Shown: positions 14,310 to 30,600 of the stretch, in pieces | Layout of the letters: each line of letters opens with the position of its first letter | Position numbering within the stretch: the first letter of the stretch is position 1 | Origin: the human T2T-CHM13v2.0 reference genome, Homo sapiens | Direction: 5' to 3' | DNA length: 64,000 nt | Assembly: GCA_009914755.4 (NCBI GenBank) | Contig: CP068257.2 | Span: 1,760,001-1,824,000 of the forward strand | Notes under the pieces: model-generated | What the model was told of the DNA's origin: nothing | Seen by the model: only the letters and a program-made list of their open reading frames with translations | Database searches by the model: none | Made by a program: the position numbers and the translations under genes

Positions 14310-15830
14310 TATATACTGTACATAAAATATGAAATTACATCAAATATATATTAGGTACATAAAATATGAAAGTACGTAAAATATAGATTATATACTGTAC
14401 ATAAAATATCAATGTACCCCAAATATATATTTTATACTATACATGAAATATCAAAGTTCACAAACCATATATTGTATACTGTACATAAAATATCAAAGTA
14501 CCCAAGGTATATGTTCTATACTGTACAAAAAATATCAAAGTACCCAAAGCATGTATTATATACTGTACATAAAATATGAAAGTACATCAAATATATATTT
14601 TATTCTGTACATAAAATATCAAAGTGCACCAGATATATATTCTATAGTGTACATAAAATATCAAAGTACCCAAACTATACATTACATACTGTACATAAAA
14701 TATGAAATTACATCAAATATATTTTATATTAGGTACATAAAATATGAAAGTACATCAAATATAGATTATACACTGTACATTAAATACCAAAGTACCCCAA
14801 ATATATATTTTATACTGTACATGAAATATCAAACTTCACAAATTATATATTATATAGTGTACATATAATATCAAAGTACCCAAGGTATATATTCTATACT
14901 GTACAAAAAACAACAAAGTACCAAAAGCATGTATAATATACTGTACATAAAATATGAAAGTACATCAAATATATATTTTATTCTGTACATAAAATATCAA
15001 AGTACACCAGATATATATTCTATAGTGTACATAAAATATAAAAGTACCCAAACTATACATTATATACTGTACATAAAATATGTAATTACATCAAATATAT
15101 ATTATATTAGGTACATAAAATATGAAAGTACATCAAATATAGATTATATACTGTACATTAAATACCAAAGCACCCCAAATATATATTTTATACTGTACAT
15201 GAAATTTCAAAGTTCACAAACTATATATTATATACTGTACATAAAATATCAAAGTACCCAAGGTATATATTCTATACTGTACAAAAAATATCAAAGTACC
15301 CAAAGCATGTATTATATACTGTACATAAAATATGAAAGTACATCAAATATATATTTTATTCTGTACATAAAATATCAAAGTACACCAGATATATATTCTA
15401 TAGTGTACATAAAATATCAAAGTACCCAAACTATACATTATATACTGTACATAAAATATGAAATTACATCAAATATATATTATATTAGGTACATAAAATA
15501 TGAAAGTACATCAAATATAGATTATACACTGTACATAAAATATCAAAGTACCCCAAATATATATTATATACTCTACATGAAATATCAAAGTTCACAAACT
15601 ATGTATTATATACTGTACATAAAATAAAGTCCCCAAGGTATATATTCTATACTGTAGAAAAAATATCAAAGTACCCAAAGCATGTATTATATACTGTATA
15701 TAAAATATGAAATTACATCAAATATATATTTTATTCTGTACATAATATATCAAAGTACACCAGATATATATTCTATAGTGTACATAAAATAACAAAGTAC
15801 AAAAACTATAAATTATATACTGTACATAAA
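14310..15830. repeat. Segment Q-prime (copy of 9800-11320)
   Basis: See Q. The GTACGTAAAAT variant at 14374 creates a stop in the frame that is open in Q at 9860. Confidence 0.7.
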
Positions 15831-16424
15831 ATATGAAATTACATCAAATATATATTAGGTACATAAAATATGAAAGTACATCAAATATAGATTATGTACT
15901 GTACATAAAATTTCAATGTACCCCAAATATATATTTTATACTCTACATGAAATATCAAAGTTCACAAACCATGTATTATATACTGTACATAAAATATCAA
16001 AGTACCCAAGGTATATATTCTATACTATACAAAAAATATCAAAGTACCCATAGCATGTATTATATACTGTACCTAAAATATGAAAGTACATCAAATATAT
16101 ATTTTATTCTGTACATAAAATATGAAAGTACACCAGATATATATTCTATAGTGTACATAAAATATCAAAGTACCCAAACTATACATTATATACTGTACAT
16201 AAAATATGAAATTACATCAAATATATATTATATTAGGTACATAAAATATGAAAGTACATCAAATATAGATTATACACTGTACATAAAATATCAAAGTACC
16301 CCAAATATATATTATATACTCTACATGAAATATCAAAGTTCACAAACTATATATTATATACTGTACATAAAATAATGTCCCCAAGGTATATATTCTATAC
16401 TGTAGAAAAAATATCAAAGTACCC

Positions 16425-19400
16425 AAAGCATGTATTATATACTGTATATAAAATATGAAAGTACATCAAATATATATTTTATTCTGTACATAATATATCA
16501 AAGTACACCAGATATATATTCTATAGTGTACATAAAATAACAAAGTACAAAAACTATAAATTATATACTGTACATAAAATATGAAATTACATCAAATATA
16601 TATTAGGTACATAAAATATGAAAGTACATCAAATATAGATTATATACTGTACATAAAATTTCAATGTACCCCAAATATATATTTTATACTCTACATGAAA
16701 TATCAAAGTTTACAAACCATATATTATATACTGTACATAAAATATCAAAGTAGCCAAGGTATATATTCTATACTATACAAAAAATATCAAAGTACCCAAA
16801 GCATGTATTATATACTGTACCTAAAATATGAATGTACATCAAATATATATTTTATTCTGTACATAAAGTATCAAAGTACACCAGATATATATTCTATAGT
16901 GTACACAAAATATCAAAGTACCCAAACTATGCATTATATACTGTACATAAAATATGAAATTACATCAAATATATTTTATATTAGGTACAAAAAATATGAA
17001 AGTACATCAAATATAGATTATATACTGTACATTAAATACCAAAGTACCCCAAATATATATTTTATACTGTACATGAAATATCAAAGTTCACAAACTATAT
17101 ATTATATACTGTACATATAATATCAAAGTACACAAGGTATATATTCTATACTGTACAAAAAATAACAAAGTACCAAAAGCATGTATAATATACTGTACAT
17201 AAAATATGAAAGTACATCAAATATATATTTTATTCTGTACATAAAATATCAAAGTACACCAGATATATATTCTATAGTGTACATAAAATATCAAAGTACC
17301 CAAACTATACATTATATACTGTAAATAAAATATGAAATTACATCAAATATATTTTATATTAGGTACATAAAATATGAAAGTACATCAAATATAGATTATA
17401 TACTGTACATAATATATCAAAGTAACCCAAATATATATTATATACTCTACATGAAATATCAAAGTTCACAAACAATATATTATATACTGTACATAAAATA
17501 TCAAAGTACCCAAGGTATATATTCTATACTGCACAAAAAAATCAAAGTACCCAAAGCATGTAGTATATACTGTATATAAAATATGAAAGTTCATCAAATA
17601 TATATTTTATTCTCTACGTAATATATCAAAGTACACCAGATATATATTCTATAGTGTACATAAAATATCAAAGTACCCAAACTATACATTATATACTGTG
17701 CATAAAATATGAAATTACATCAAATATATATTAGGTACATAAAATATGAAAGTACATCAAATATAGATTATATACTGTACATAAAATATCAATGTACCCC
17801 AAATATATATTTTATACTTTACATGAAATATCAAAGTTCACAAACCATATATTGTATACTGTACATAAAATATCAAAGTACCCAAGGTATATGTTCTATA
17901 CTGTACAAAAAATATCAAAGTACCCAAAGCATGTATTATATACTGTACATAAAATATGAAAGTACATCAAATATATATTTTATTCTGTACATAAAATATC
18001 AAAGTACACCAGATATATATTCTATAGTGTACATAAAATATCAAAGTACCCAAACTATACATTATATACTGTAAATAAAATATGAGATTACATCAAATAT
18101 ATATTATATTAGGTACATAAAATATGAAAGTACATCAACTATAGATTATATACTGTACATTAAATACCAAAGTACCCCAAATATATATTTTATACTGTAC
18201 ATGAAATATCAAAGTTCACAAACTATATATTATATACTGTACATAAAATATCAAAGTACCCAAGGTATATATTCTATACTGTACAAAAAATATCAAAGTA
18301 CCCAAAGCATGTATTATATACTGTACCTAAAATATGAAAGTACATCAAATATATATTTTATTCTGTACATAAAATATCAAAGTACACCAGATATATATTC
18401 TATAGTGTACATAAAATATGAAAGTACCCAAACTATACATTATATACTGTACATAAAATATGAAATTACATCAAATATATATTATATTAGGTACATAAAA
18501 TATGAAAGTACATCAAATATAGATTATACACTGTACATAAAATATCAAAGTACCCAAAATATATATTATATACTCTACATGAAATATCAAAGTTCACAAA
18601 CTATATATTATATACTGTACATAAAATAAAGTCCCCAAGATATATATTCTATACTGTAGAAAAAATATCAAAGTACCCAAAGCATGTATTATATACTGTA
18701 TATAAAATATGAAAGTACATCAAATATATATTTTATTCTGTACATAATATATCAAAGTACACCAGATATATATTCTATAGTGTACATAAAATAACAAAGT
18801 ACAAAAACTATAAATTATATACTGTACATAAAATATGAAATTACATCAAATATATATTAGGTACATAAAATATGAAAGTACATCAAATATAGATTATATA
18901 CTGTACATAAAATTTCAATGTACCCCAAATATATATTTTATACTCTACATGAAATATCAAAGTTCACAAACCATATATTATATACTGTACATAAAATATC
19001 AAAGTACCCAAGGTATATATTCTATACTATACAAAAAATACCAAAGTACCCAAAGCATGTATTATATACTGTACCTAAAATATGAATGTACATCAAATAT
19101 ATATTTTATTCTGTACATAAAATATCAAAGTACACCAGATATATATTCTATAGTGTACACAAAATATCAAAGTACCCAAACTATACATTATATACTGTAC
19201 ATAAAATATGAAATTACATCAAATATATTTTATATTAGGTACATAAAATATGAAAGTACATCAAATATAGATTATATACTGTACATTAAATACCAAAGTA
19301 CCCCAAATATATATTTTATAGTGTACATGAAATATCAAAGTTCACAAACTATATATTATATACTGTACATATAATATCAAAGTACCCAAGGTATATATTC

Positions 19401-20180
19401 TATACTGTACAAAAAATAACAAAGTACCAAAAGCATGTATAATACACTGTACATAAAATATGAAAGTACATCAAATATATATTTTATTCTGTACATAAAA
19501 TATCAAAGTACACCAGATATATATTCTATAGTGTACATAAAATATCAAAGTACCCAAACTATACATTATATACTGTAAATAAAATACGACATTACATCAA
19601 ATATATTTTATATTAGGTACATAAAATATGAAAGTACATCAAATATAGATTATATACTGTACATAATATATCAAAGTAACCCAAATATATATTATATACT
19701 CTACATGAAATATCAAAGTTCACAAACAATATATTATATACTGTACATAAAATATCAAAGTACCCAAGGTATATATTCTATACTGCACAAAAAAATCAAA
19801 GTACCCAAAGCATGTATTATATACTGTATATAAAATATGAAAGTACATCAAATATATATTTTATTCTCTACATAATATATCAAAGTACACCAGATATATA
19901 TTCTATAGTGTACATAAAATAACAAAGTACACAAACTATAAATTATATACTGTACATAAAATATGAAATTACATCAAATATATATTAGGTACATAAAATA
20001 TGAAAGTACATCAAATATAGATTATATACTGTACATAAAATATCAATGTACCCCAAATATATATTTTATACTCTACATGAAATATCAAATTTCACAAACC
20101 ATATATTATATACTGTACATAAATATCAAAGTACCCAAGGTATGTATTCTATACTGTACAAAAAATATCAAAGTACCCAA
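16425..20180. repeat. ~3756-bp segment P+Y (about 10 HORs), first copy of a tandem duplication; it contains three ~1127-bp (27-monomer) super-HOR periods
   Basis: The landmark ATGAAATTACATC...ATTAGG recurs at 16581, 17709, 18835 and 19963 (spacings 1128, 1126, 1128). The segment reappears at 20928-24683 at a constant offset of 4503 (16581->21084, 17709->22212, 18201->22704, 18835->23338, 19963->24466; translations are identical or differ by 1 aa). The left breakpoint lies near 16425/20928, where the upstream sequences differ (AAAATAATGTCCCCAAGG versus normal). Confidence 0.8.
19432..20180. repeat. 749-bp two-HOR segment Y (the last part of P+Y), which is the source of the extra tandem copy Y-prime
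   Basis: 19432-20180 and 20181-20927 are near-identical. The run starts at GCATGTATAATACACTGTAC (19432/20181). Both carry the 1-bp deletion CATAAATATCAAAGTACCCAAGGTATGTATTC (20117, 20866). One difference was seen: CGACATTAC at 19577 versus CGAAATTAC at 20334. Confidence 0.8.
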
Positions 20181-20927
20181 AGCATGTATAATACACTGTA
20201 CATAAAATATGAAAGTACATCAAATATATATTTTATTCTGTACATAAAATATCAAAGTACACCAGATATATATTCTATAGTGTACATAAAATATCAAAGT
20301 ACCCAAACTATACATTATATACTGTAAATAAAATACGAAATTACATCAAATATATTTTATATTAGGTACATAAAATATGAAAGTACATCAAATATAGATT
20401 ATATACTGTACATAATATATCAAAGTAACCCAAATATATATTATATACTCTACATGAAATATCAAAGTTCACAAACAATATATTATATACTGTACATAAA
20501 ATATCAAAGTACCCAAGGTATATATTCTATACTGCACAAAAAAATCAAAGTACCCAAAGCATGTATTATATACTGTATATAAAATATGAAAGTACATCAA
20601 ATATATATTTTATTCTCTACATAATATATCAAAGTACACCAGATATATATTCTATAGTGTACATAAAATAACAAAGTACACAAACTATAAATTATATACT
20701 GTACATAAAATATGAAATTACATCAAATATATATTAGGTACATAAAATATGAAAGTACATCAAATATAGATTATATACTGTACATAAAATATCAATGTAC
20801 CCCAAATATATATTTTATACTCTACATGAAATATCAAATTTCACAAACCATATATTATATACTGTACATAAATATCAAAGTACCCAAGGTATGTATTCTA
20901 TACTGTACAAAAAATATCAAAGTACCC
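20181..20927. repeat. Y-prime: extra ~747-bp tandem copy of Y, inserted between the two copies of the 3.75-kb unit
   Basis: Y-prime explains why the two 3.75-kb copies sit 4503 bp apart (3756+747). Similarity of the second copy to the first stops where Y-prime begins in the first copy (24684 versus 20181), so the arrangement is P-Y-Y'-P'-Y''. Confidence 0.75.
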
Positions 20928-23900
20928 AAAGCATGTATTATATACTGTATATAAAATATGAAAGTACATCAAATATATATTTTATTCTGTACATAATATA
21001 TCAAAGTACACCAGATATATATTCTATAGTGTACATAAAATAACAAAGTACAAAAACTATAAATTATATACTGTACATAAAATATGAAATTACATCAAAT
21101 ATATATTAGGTACATAAAATATGAAAGTACATCAAATATAGATTATATACTGTACATAAAATTTCAATGTACCCCAAATATATATTTTATACTCTACATG
21201 AAATATCAAAGTTTACAAACCATATATTATATACTGTACATAAAATATCAAAGTAGCCAAGGTATATATTCTATACTATACAAAAAATATCAAAGTACCC
21301 AAAGCATGTATTATATACTGTACCTAAAATATGAATGTACATCAAATATATATTTTATTCTGTACATAAAGTATCAAAGTACACCAGATATATATTCTAT
21401 AGTGTACACAAAATATCAAAGTACCCAAACTATGCATTATATACTGTACATAAAATATGAAATTACATCAAATATATTTTATATTAGGTACAAAAAATAT
21501 GAAAGTACATCAAATATAGATTATATACTGTACATTAAATACCAAAGTACCCCAAATATATATTTTATACTGTACATGAAATATCAAAGTTCACAAACTA
21601 TATATTATATACTGTACATATAATATCAAAGTACACAAGGTATATATTCTATACTGTACAAAAAATAACAAAGTACCAAAAGCATGTATAATATACTGTA
21701 CATAAAATATGAAAGTACATCAAATATATATTTTATTCTGTACATAAAATATCAAAGTACACCAGATATATATTCTATAGTGTACATAAAATATCAAAGT
21801 ACCCAAACTATACATTATATACTGTAAATAAAATATGAAATTACATCAAATATATTTTATATTAGGTACATAAAATATGAAAGTACATCAAATATAGATT
21901 ATATACTGTACATAATATATCAAAGTAACCCAAATATATATTATATACTCTACATGAAATATCAAAGTTCACAAACAATATATTATATACTGTACATAAA
22001 ATATCAAAGTACCCAAGGTATATATTCTATACTGCACAAAAAAATCAAAGTACCCAAAGCATGTAGTATATACTGTATATAAAATATGAAAGTTCATCAA
22101 ATATATATTTTATTCTCTACGTAATATATCAAAGTACACCAGATATATATTCTATAGTGTACATAAAATATCAAAGTACCCAAACTATACATTATATACT
22201 GTGCATAAAATATGAAATTACATCAAATATATATTAGGTACATAAAATATGAAAGTACATCAAATATAGATTATATACTGTACATAAAATATCAATGTAC
22301 CCCAAATATATATTTTATACTTTACATGAAATATCAAAGTTCACAAACCATATATTGTATACTGTACATAAAATATCAAAGTACCCAAGGTATATGTTCT
22401 ATACTGTACAAAAAATATCAAAGTACCCAAAGCATGTATTATATACTGTACATAAAATATGAAAGTACATCAAATATATATTTTATTCTGTACATAAAAT
22501 ATCAAAGTACACCAGATATATATTCTATAGTGTACATAAAATATCAAAGTACCCAAACTATACATTATATACTGTAAATAAAATATGAGATTACATCAAA
22601 TATATATTATATTAGGTACATAAAATATGAAAGTACATCAACTATAGATTATATACTGTACATTAAATACCAAAGTACCCCAAATATATATTTTATACTG
22701 TACATGAAATATCAAAGTTCACAAACTATATATTATATACTGTACATAAAATATCAAAGTACCCAAGGTATATATTCTATACTGTACAAAAAATATCAAA
22801 GTACCCAAAGCATGTATTATATACTGTACCTAAAATATGAAAGTACATCAAATATATATTTTATTCTGTACATAAAATATCAAAGTACACCAGATATATA
22901 TTCTATAGTGTACATAAAATATGAAAGTACCCAAACTATACATTATATACTGTACATAAAATATGAAATTACATCAAATATATATTATATTAGGTACATA
23001 AAATATGAAAGTACATCAAATATAGATTATACACTGTACATAAAATATCAAAGTACCCAAAATATATATTATATACTCTACATGAAATATCAAAGTTCAC
23101 AAACTATATATTATATACTGTACATAAAATAAAGTCCCCAAGATATATATTCTATACTGTAGAAAAAATATCAAAGTACCCAAAGCATGTATTATATACT
23201 GTATATAAAATATGAAAGTACATCAAATATATATTTTATTCTGTACATAATATATCAAAGTACACCAGATATATATTCTATAGTGTACATAAAATAACAA
23301 AGTACAAAAACTATAAATTATATACTGTACATAAAATATGAAATTACATCAAATATATATTAGGTACATAAAATATGAAAGTACATCAAATATAGATTAT
23401 ATACTGTACATAAAATTTCAATGTACCCCAAATATATATTTTATACTCTACATGAAATATCAAAGTTCACAAACCATATATTATATACTGTACATAAAAT
23501 ATCAAAGTACCCAAGGTATATATTCTATACTATACAAAAAATACCAAAGTACCCAAAGCATGTATTATATACTGTACCTAAAATATGAATGTACATCAAA
23601 TATATATTTTATTCTGTACATAAAATATCAAAGTACACCAGATATATATTCTATAGTGTACACAAAATATCAAAGTACCCAAACTATACATTATATACTG
23701 TACATAAAATATGAAATTACATCAAATATATTTTATATTAGGTACATAAAATATGAAAGTACATCAAATATAGATTATATACTGTACATTAAATACCAAA
23801 GTACCCCAAATATATATTTTATAGTGTACATGAAATATCAAAGTTCACAAACTATATATTATATACTGTACATATAATATCAAAGTACCCAAGGTATATA

Positions 23901-24683
23901 TTCTATACTGTACAAAAAATAACAAAGTACCAAAAGCATGTATAATACACTGTACATAAAATATGAAAGTACATCAAATATATATTTTATTCTGTACATA
24001 AAATATCAAAGTACACCAGATATATATTCTATAGTGTACATAAAATATCAAAGTACCCAAACTATACATTATATACTGTAAATAAAATACGAAATTACAT
24101 CAAATATATTTTATATTAGGTACATAAAATATGAAAGTACATCAAATATAGATTATATACTGTACATAATATATCAAAGTAACCCAAATATATATTATAT
24201 ACTCTACATGAAATATCAAAGTTCACAAACAATATATTATATACTGTACATAAAATATCAAAGTACCCAAGGTATATATTCTATACTGCACAAAAAAATC
24301 AAAGTACCCAAAGCATGTATTATATACTGTATATAAAATATGAAAGTACATCAAATATATATTTTATTCTCTACATAATATATCAAAGTACACCAGATAT
24401 ATATTCTATAGTGTACATAAAATAACAAAGTACACAAACTATAAATTATATACTGTACATAAAATATGAAATTACATCAAATATATATTAGGTACATAAA
24501 ATATGAAAGTACATCAAATATAGATTATATACTGTACATAAAATATCAATGTACCCCAAATATATATTTTATACTCTACATGAAATATCAAATTTCACAA
24601 ACCATATATTATATACTGTACATAAATATCAAAGTACCCAAGGTATGTATTCTATACTGTACAAAAAATATCAAAGTACCCAA
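20928..24683. repeat. Second copy (P'+Y'') of the ~3.75-kb unit
   Basis: See 16425-20180. The CATAAATATC deletion marker is also present at 24617. Confidence 0.8.
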
Positions 24684-27600
24684 AGCATGTATTATATACT
24701 GTACATAAAATATGAAAGTACATCAAATATATATTTTATTCTGTACATAAAATATCAAAGTACACCAGATATATATTCTATAGTGTACATAAAATATCAA
24801 AGTACCCAAACTATACATTATACACTGTACATAAAATATGAGATTACATCAAATATATATTAGGTACATTAAATATGAAAGTACATCAAATATAGATTAT
24901 ATACTGTACATAAAATATCAAAGTACCCCAAATATATATTATATACTCTACATGAAATATCAAAGTTCACAAACTATATATTATATACTGTACATAAAAT
25001 ATCAAAGTACCCAAGGTATATATTCTATACTGTACAAAAGATATCAAAGTACCCAAAGCATGTATTATATACTGTATATAAAATATGAAAGTACATTAAA
25101 TATATATTTTATTCTGTACATAAAATATCAAAGTACACCAGATATATATTCTATAGTGTACATAAAATAACAAAGTACACAAACTATACATTATATACTG
25201 TACATCAAATATGAAATTACATCAAATATATATTAGGTACATAAAATATGAAAGTGCATCAAATATAGATTATATACTGTACATAAAATATCAATGTACC
25301 CCAAATATATATTTTATACTCTACATGAAATATCAAAGTTCAAAAACCATATATTATATACTGTACATAAAATATCAAAGTACCCAAGTTATATATTCTA
25401 TACTGTACAAAAAATATCAAAGTACACAAAGCATGTATTATATACTGTACATAAAATATGAAAGTACATCAAATATATATTTTATTCTGTACATAAAATA
25501 TCAAAGTACACCAGATATATATTCTATAGTGTACATAAAATATCAAAATACCCAAACTATACATTATACACTGTACATAAAATATGAAATTACATCAAAT
25601 ATATATTATATTAGGTACATAAAATATGAAAGCACATCAAATATAGATTATATACTGAACATTAAATACCAAAGTACCCCAAATATATATTTTATACTGT
25701 ACATCAAATATCAAAGTTCACAAACTATATATTATATACTGTACATAAAATATCAAAGTACCCATGGTATATATTCTATACTGTACAAAAAATATCAAAG
25801 TACCCAAAGCATGTATTATATACTGTACATAAAATATGAAAGTACATCAAATATATATTTTATTCTGTATATAAAATATCAAAGTACACCAGATATATAT
25901 TCTATAGTGTACATAAAATATCAAAGTACCCAAACTATACATTATATACTGTACATAAAATATGAAATTACATCAAATATATATTATATTAGGTACATAA
26001 AATATGAAAGTACATCAAATATAGATTATATACTGTACATAAAACATCAAAGTACCCCAAATATATATTATATACTCTACATGAAATATCAAAGTTCACA
26101 AACTATATATTATATACTGTACATAAAATATCAAAGTACCCAAGGTATATATTCTATACTGTACAAAAAATATCAAAGTACCCAAAGCATATATTATATA
26201 CTGTACATAAAATATGAAAGTACATCAAATATATATTTTATTCTGTACATAAAATATCAAAGTACACCAGATATATATTCTATAGTGTACATAAAATAAC
26301 AAAGTACACAAACTATAAATTATATCCTGTACATAAAATATGAAATTACATCAAATATATTTTAGGTACATAAAATATGAAAGTACATTAAATATAGATT
26401 ATATACTGTACATATAATATCAATGTACCCCAAATATATATTTAATACTCTACATGAAATATCAAAGTTCACAATCCATACATTATATACTGTACATAAA
26501 ATATCAAAGTCCCCAAGGTATATATTCTATACTGTACAAAAAATATCAAAGTACCCAAAGCATGTATTATATACTGTACATAAAATATGAAATTACATCA
26601 AATATATATTATATTGGGTACATAAAATATGAAAGTACATCAAATATAGATTATATACTGTACATAAAATATCAAAGTACCCCAAATATATATTATATAC
26701 TGTATATGAAATATCAAAGTTCACAACTATATATTACATACTGTACATAAAATATCAAAGTACCCAATTTATATATTCTATACTGTACAAAAAATATCAA
26801 AGTACCCAAAGCATGTATTATATACTGTACATAAAATATGAAAGTACATCAAATATATATTTTATTCTGTACATAAAATATCAAAGTACAGAAGATATAT
26901 ATTCTATAGTGTACATAAAATATCAAAGTACCCAAACTATACATTATATACTGTACATAAAATATGAAATTACATCAAATATGTATTATATTAGGTACAT
27001 AAAATATGAAAGTACATGAAATATAGATTATATACTGTACATAAAATATCAAAGTACCACAAATTTATATTATATACTATATATGAAATATCAAAGTTCA
27101 CAAACTATATAGTATATACTGTACATAAAATATCAAAGTACCCAAGGTATATATTCTATAGTGTACAAAAAATATCAAAGTACCCAAAGCATGTATTATA
27201 TACTGTACATAAAATATAAAATTACATCAAATATATATTTTATTCTGTACATAAAATAGCAAAGTACACCAGATATATATACTATAGTGTACATAAAATA
27301 TCAAAGTACCCAAACTATACATTATACACTGTACATATAATATGAAATTACATCAAATATATATTAGGTACATAAAATATGAAAGTACATCAAATATAGA
27401 TTCTATACTGTACATATAATATCAATGTACCCCAAATATATATTTTATACTCTACATGAAATATCAAAGTTCACAAACCATATATTATATACTGTACATA
27501 AAATGTCAAAGTACCCAAGGTATATATTCTATACTGTACAAATAATATCAAAGTACCAAAAGCATGTATTATATACTGTACATAAAATATGAAAGTACAT

Positions 27601-30600
27601 CAAATATATATTTTATTCTGTACATAAAATATCAAAGTACACCAGATATATAATCTATAGTGTACATAAAATATCAAAGTACCCAAACTATACATTATAC
27701 ACTGTACATATAATATGAAATTACATCAAATATGTATTAGGTACATAAAATATGAAAGTACATCAAATATAGATTATATACTGTACATATAATACCAATG
27801 TACCACAAATATATATTTTATACTCTACATGAAATATCAAAGTTCACAAACCATATATTATATAATGTACATAAAATATCAAAGTACCCAAGGTATATAT
27901 TCTATACTGTACAAAACATATCAAAGTACCCAAACCATTTATTATATACTGTACATAAAATATGAAAGTACATCAAATATATATTTTATTCTGTACATAA
28001 AATATCAAAGTACACCAGATATATATTCTATAGTGTACATAAAATATCAAAGTACCCAAACTATACATTATATACTGTACATAAAATATGAAATTACATC
28101 AAATATATTTTATATTAGGTACATAAAATATGAAACTACATCAAATATAGATTATATACTGTACATTAAATACCAAAGTACCCCAAATATATATTTTATA
28201 CTGTACATGAAATATCAAAGTTCACACACTATATATTATATACTGTACATAAAATATCAAAGTAACCAAGGTATATATTCTATACTGTAGAAAAAATATC
28301 AAAGTACCCAAAGCATGTATTATATACTGTACATAAAATATGAAAGTACATCAAATATATATTTTATTCTGTACATAAAATATCAAAGTACACCAGATAT
28401 ATATTCTATAGTGTACATAAAATAACAAAGTACACAAACTATACATTATATACTGTACATAAAATATGAAATTACATCAAATATATATTAGGTACATAAA
28501 ATATGAAAGTACATCAAATATAGATTACATACTGTACATAAAATATCAATGTACCCCAAATATATATTTTATACTCTATATGAAATATCAAAGTTCACAA
28601 ACCATATATTATATACTGTACATAAAATATCAAAGTACCCAAGGTATATATTCTATACTATACAAAAAATATCAAAGTACCCAAAGCATGTGTTATATAC
28701 TGTACATAAAATATGAAAGTACATCAAATATATATTTTATTCTGTACATAAAATATCAAAGTACACCAGATATATATTCTATAGTGTACATAAAATATCA
28801 AAATACCCAAACTATACATTATATACTGTACATAAAATATGAGATTACATCAAATATATATTATATTAGGTACATAAAATATGAAAGTACATCAAATATA
28901 GATTATATACTGTACATAAAATATCAAAGTACCCCAAATATACATTATATACTCTACATGAAATATCAAAGTTCACAAACTATATATTATATACTGTACA
29001 TAAAATATCAAAGTACCCAAGGTATATATTCTATACTGTACAAAAAATATCAAAGTACCCAAAGCATGTATTATATACTGTATATAAAATAAGAAAGTAC
29101 ATTAAATATATATTTTATTCTGTACATAAAATATCAAAGTACACCAGATATATATTCTATAGTGTACATAAAATAACAAAGTACACAAACTATAAATTAT
29201 ATACTGTACATAAAATATGAAATTACATCAAATATATATTAGGTACATAAAATATGAAAGTACATCAAATATAGATTATATACTGTACATATAATATCAA
29301 TGTACCCCAAATATATATTTTATACTCTACATGAAATATCAAAGTTCACAAACCGTACATTATATACTGTACATAAAATATCAAAGTACCCAAGGTATAT
29401 ATTCTATACTGTACAAAAAATATCAAAGTACCCAAAGCATGTATTATATACTGTACATAAAATATGAAAGTACATCAAATATATATTTTATTCTGTACAT
29501 AAAATATCAAAGTACACCAGATATATATTCTATAGTGTACATAAAGTAACAAAGTACACAAACTATACATTATATACTGTACATAAAATATGAAATTACA
29601 TCAAATATATATCAGGTACATAAAATATGAAAGTACATCAAATATAGATTATATACTGTACATAAAATATCAATGGACCCCAAATATATATTTTATACTC
29701 TACATGAAATATGAAAGTTCACCAACCATATATTATATACTGTACATAAAATATCAAAGTACCCAATGTATATATTCTATACTATACAAAAAATATCAAA
29801 GTACCCAAAGCATGTATTATATACTGTACATAATATATGAAAGTACATCAAATATATATCTTATTCTGTACATAAAATATCAAAGTACCCAAACTATACA
29901 TTATATACTGTACATAAAATATGAAATTACATCAAATATATATTAGGTACATAAAATATGAAAGTACATCAAATATAGATTATATACTGTACATAAAATA
30001 TCAAAGTACCCCAAATATATATTATATACTCTACATGAAATATCAAAGTTCACAAACTATATATTATATACTGTACATATAATATGAAAGTACCCAAGGT
30101 ATATATTCTATACTGTACAAAAAATATCAAAGTACCAAAAGCATGTATTATATACTGTACATAAAATATGAAAGTACATTAAATATATATTTTATTCTGT
30201 ACATAAAATATCAAAGTACACCAGATATATATTCTATAGTGTACATAAAATAACAAAGTACACAAACTATAAATTATATACTGTACATAAAATATGAAAT
30301 TACATCAAATATATATTAGGTACATAAAATATGAAAGTACATCAAATATAGATTATATACTGTACATAAAATATCAAAGTACCCCAAATATATATTATAT
30401 AGTGTACATGAAATATCAAAGTTCACAACTATATATTATATACTGTACATAAAATATCAAAGTCCCCAAGGTATATATTCTATACTGTACAAAAAATATC
30501 AAAGTACCCAAAGCATGTATTATATACTGTACATAAAATATGAAAGTACATCAAATATATATTTTATTCTGTACATAAAATACCAAAGTACACCAGATAT

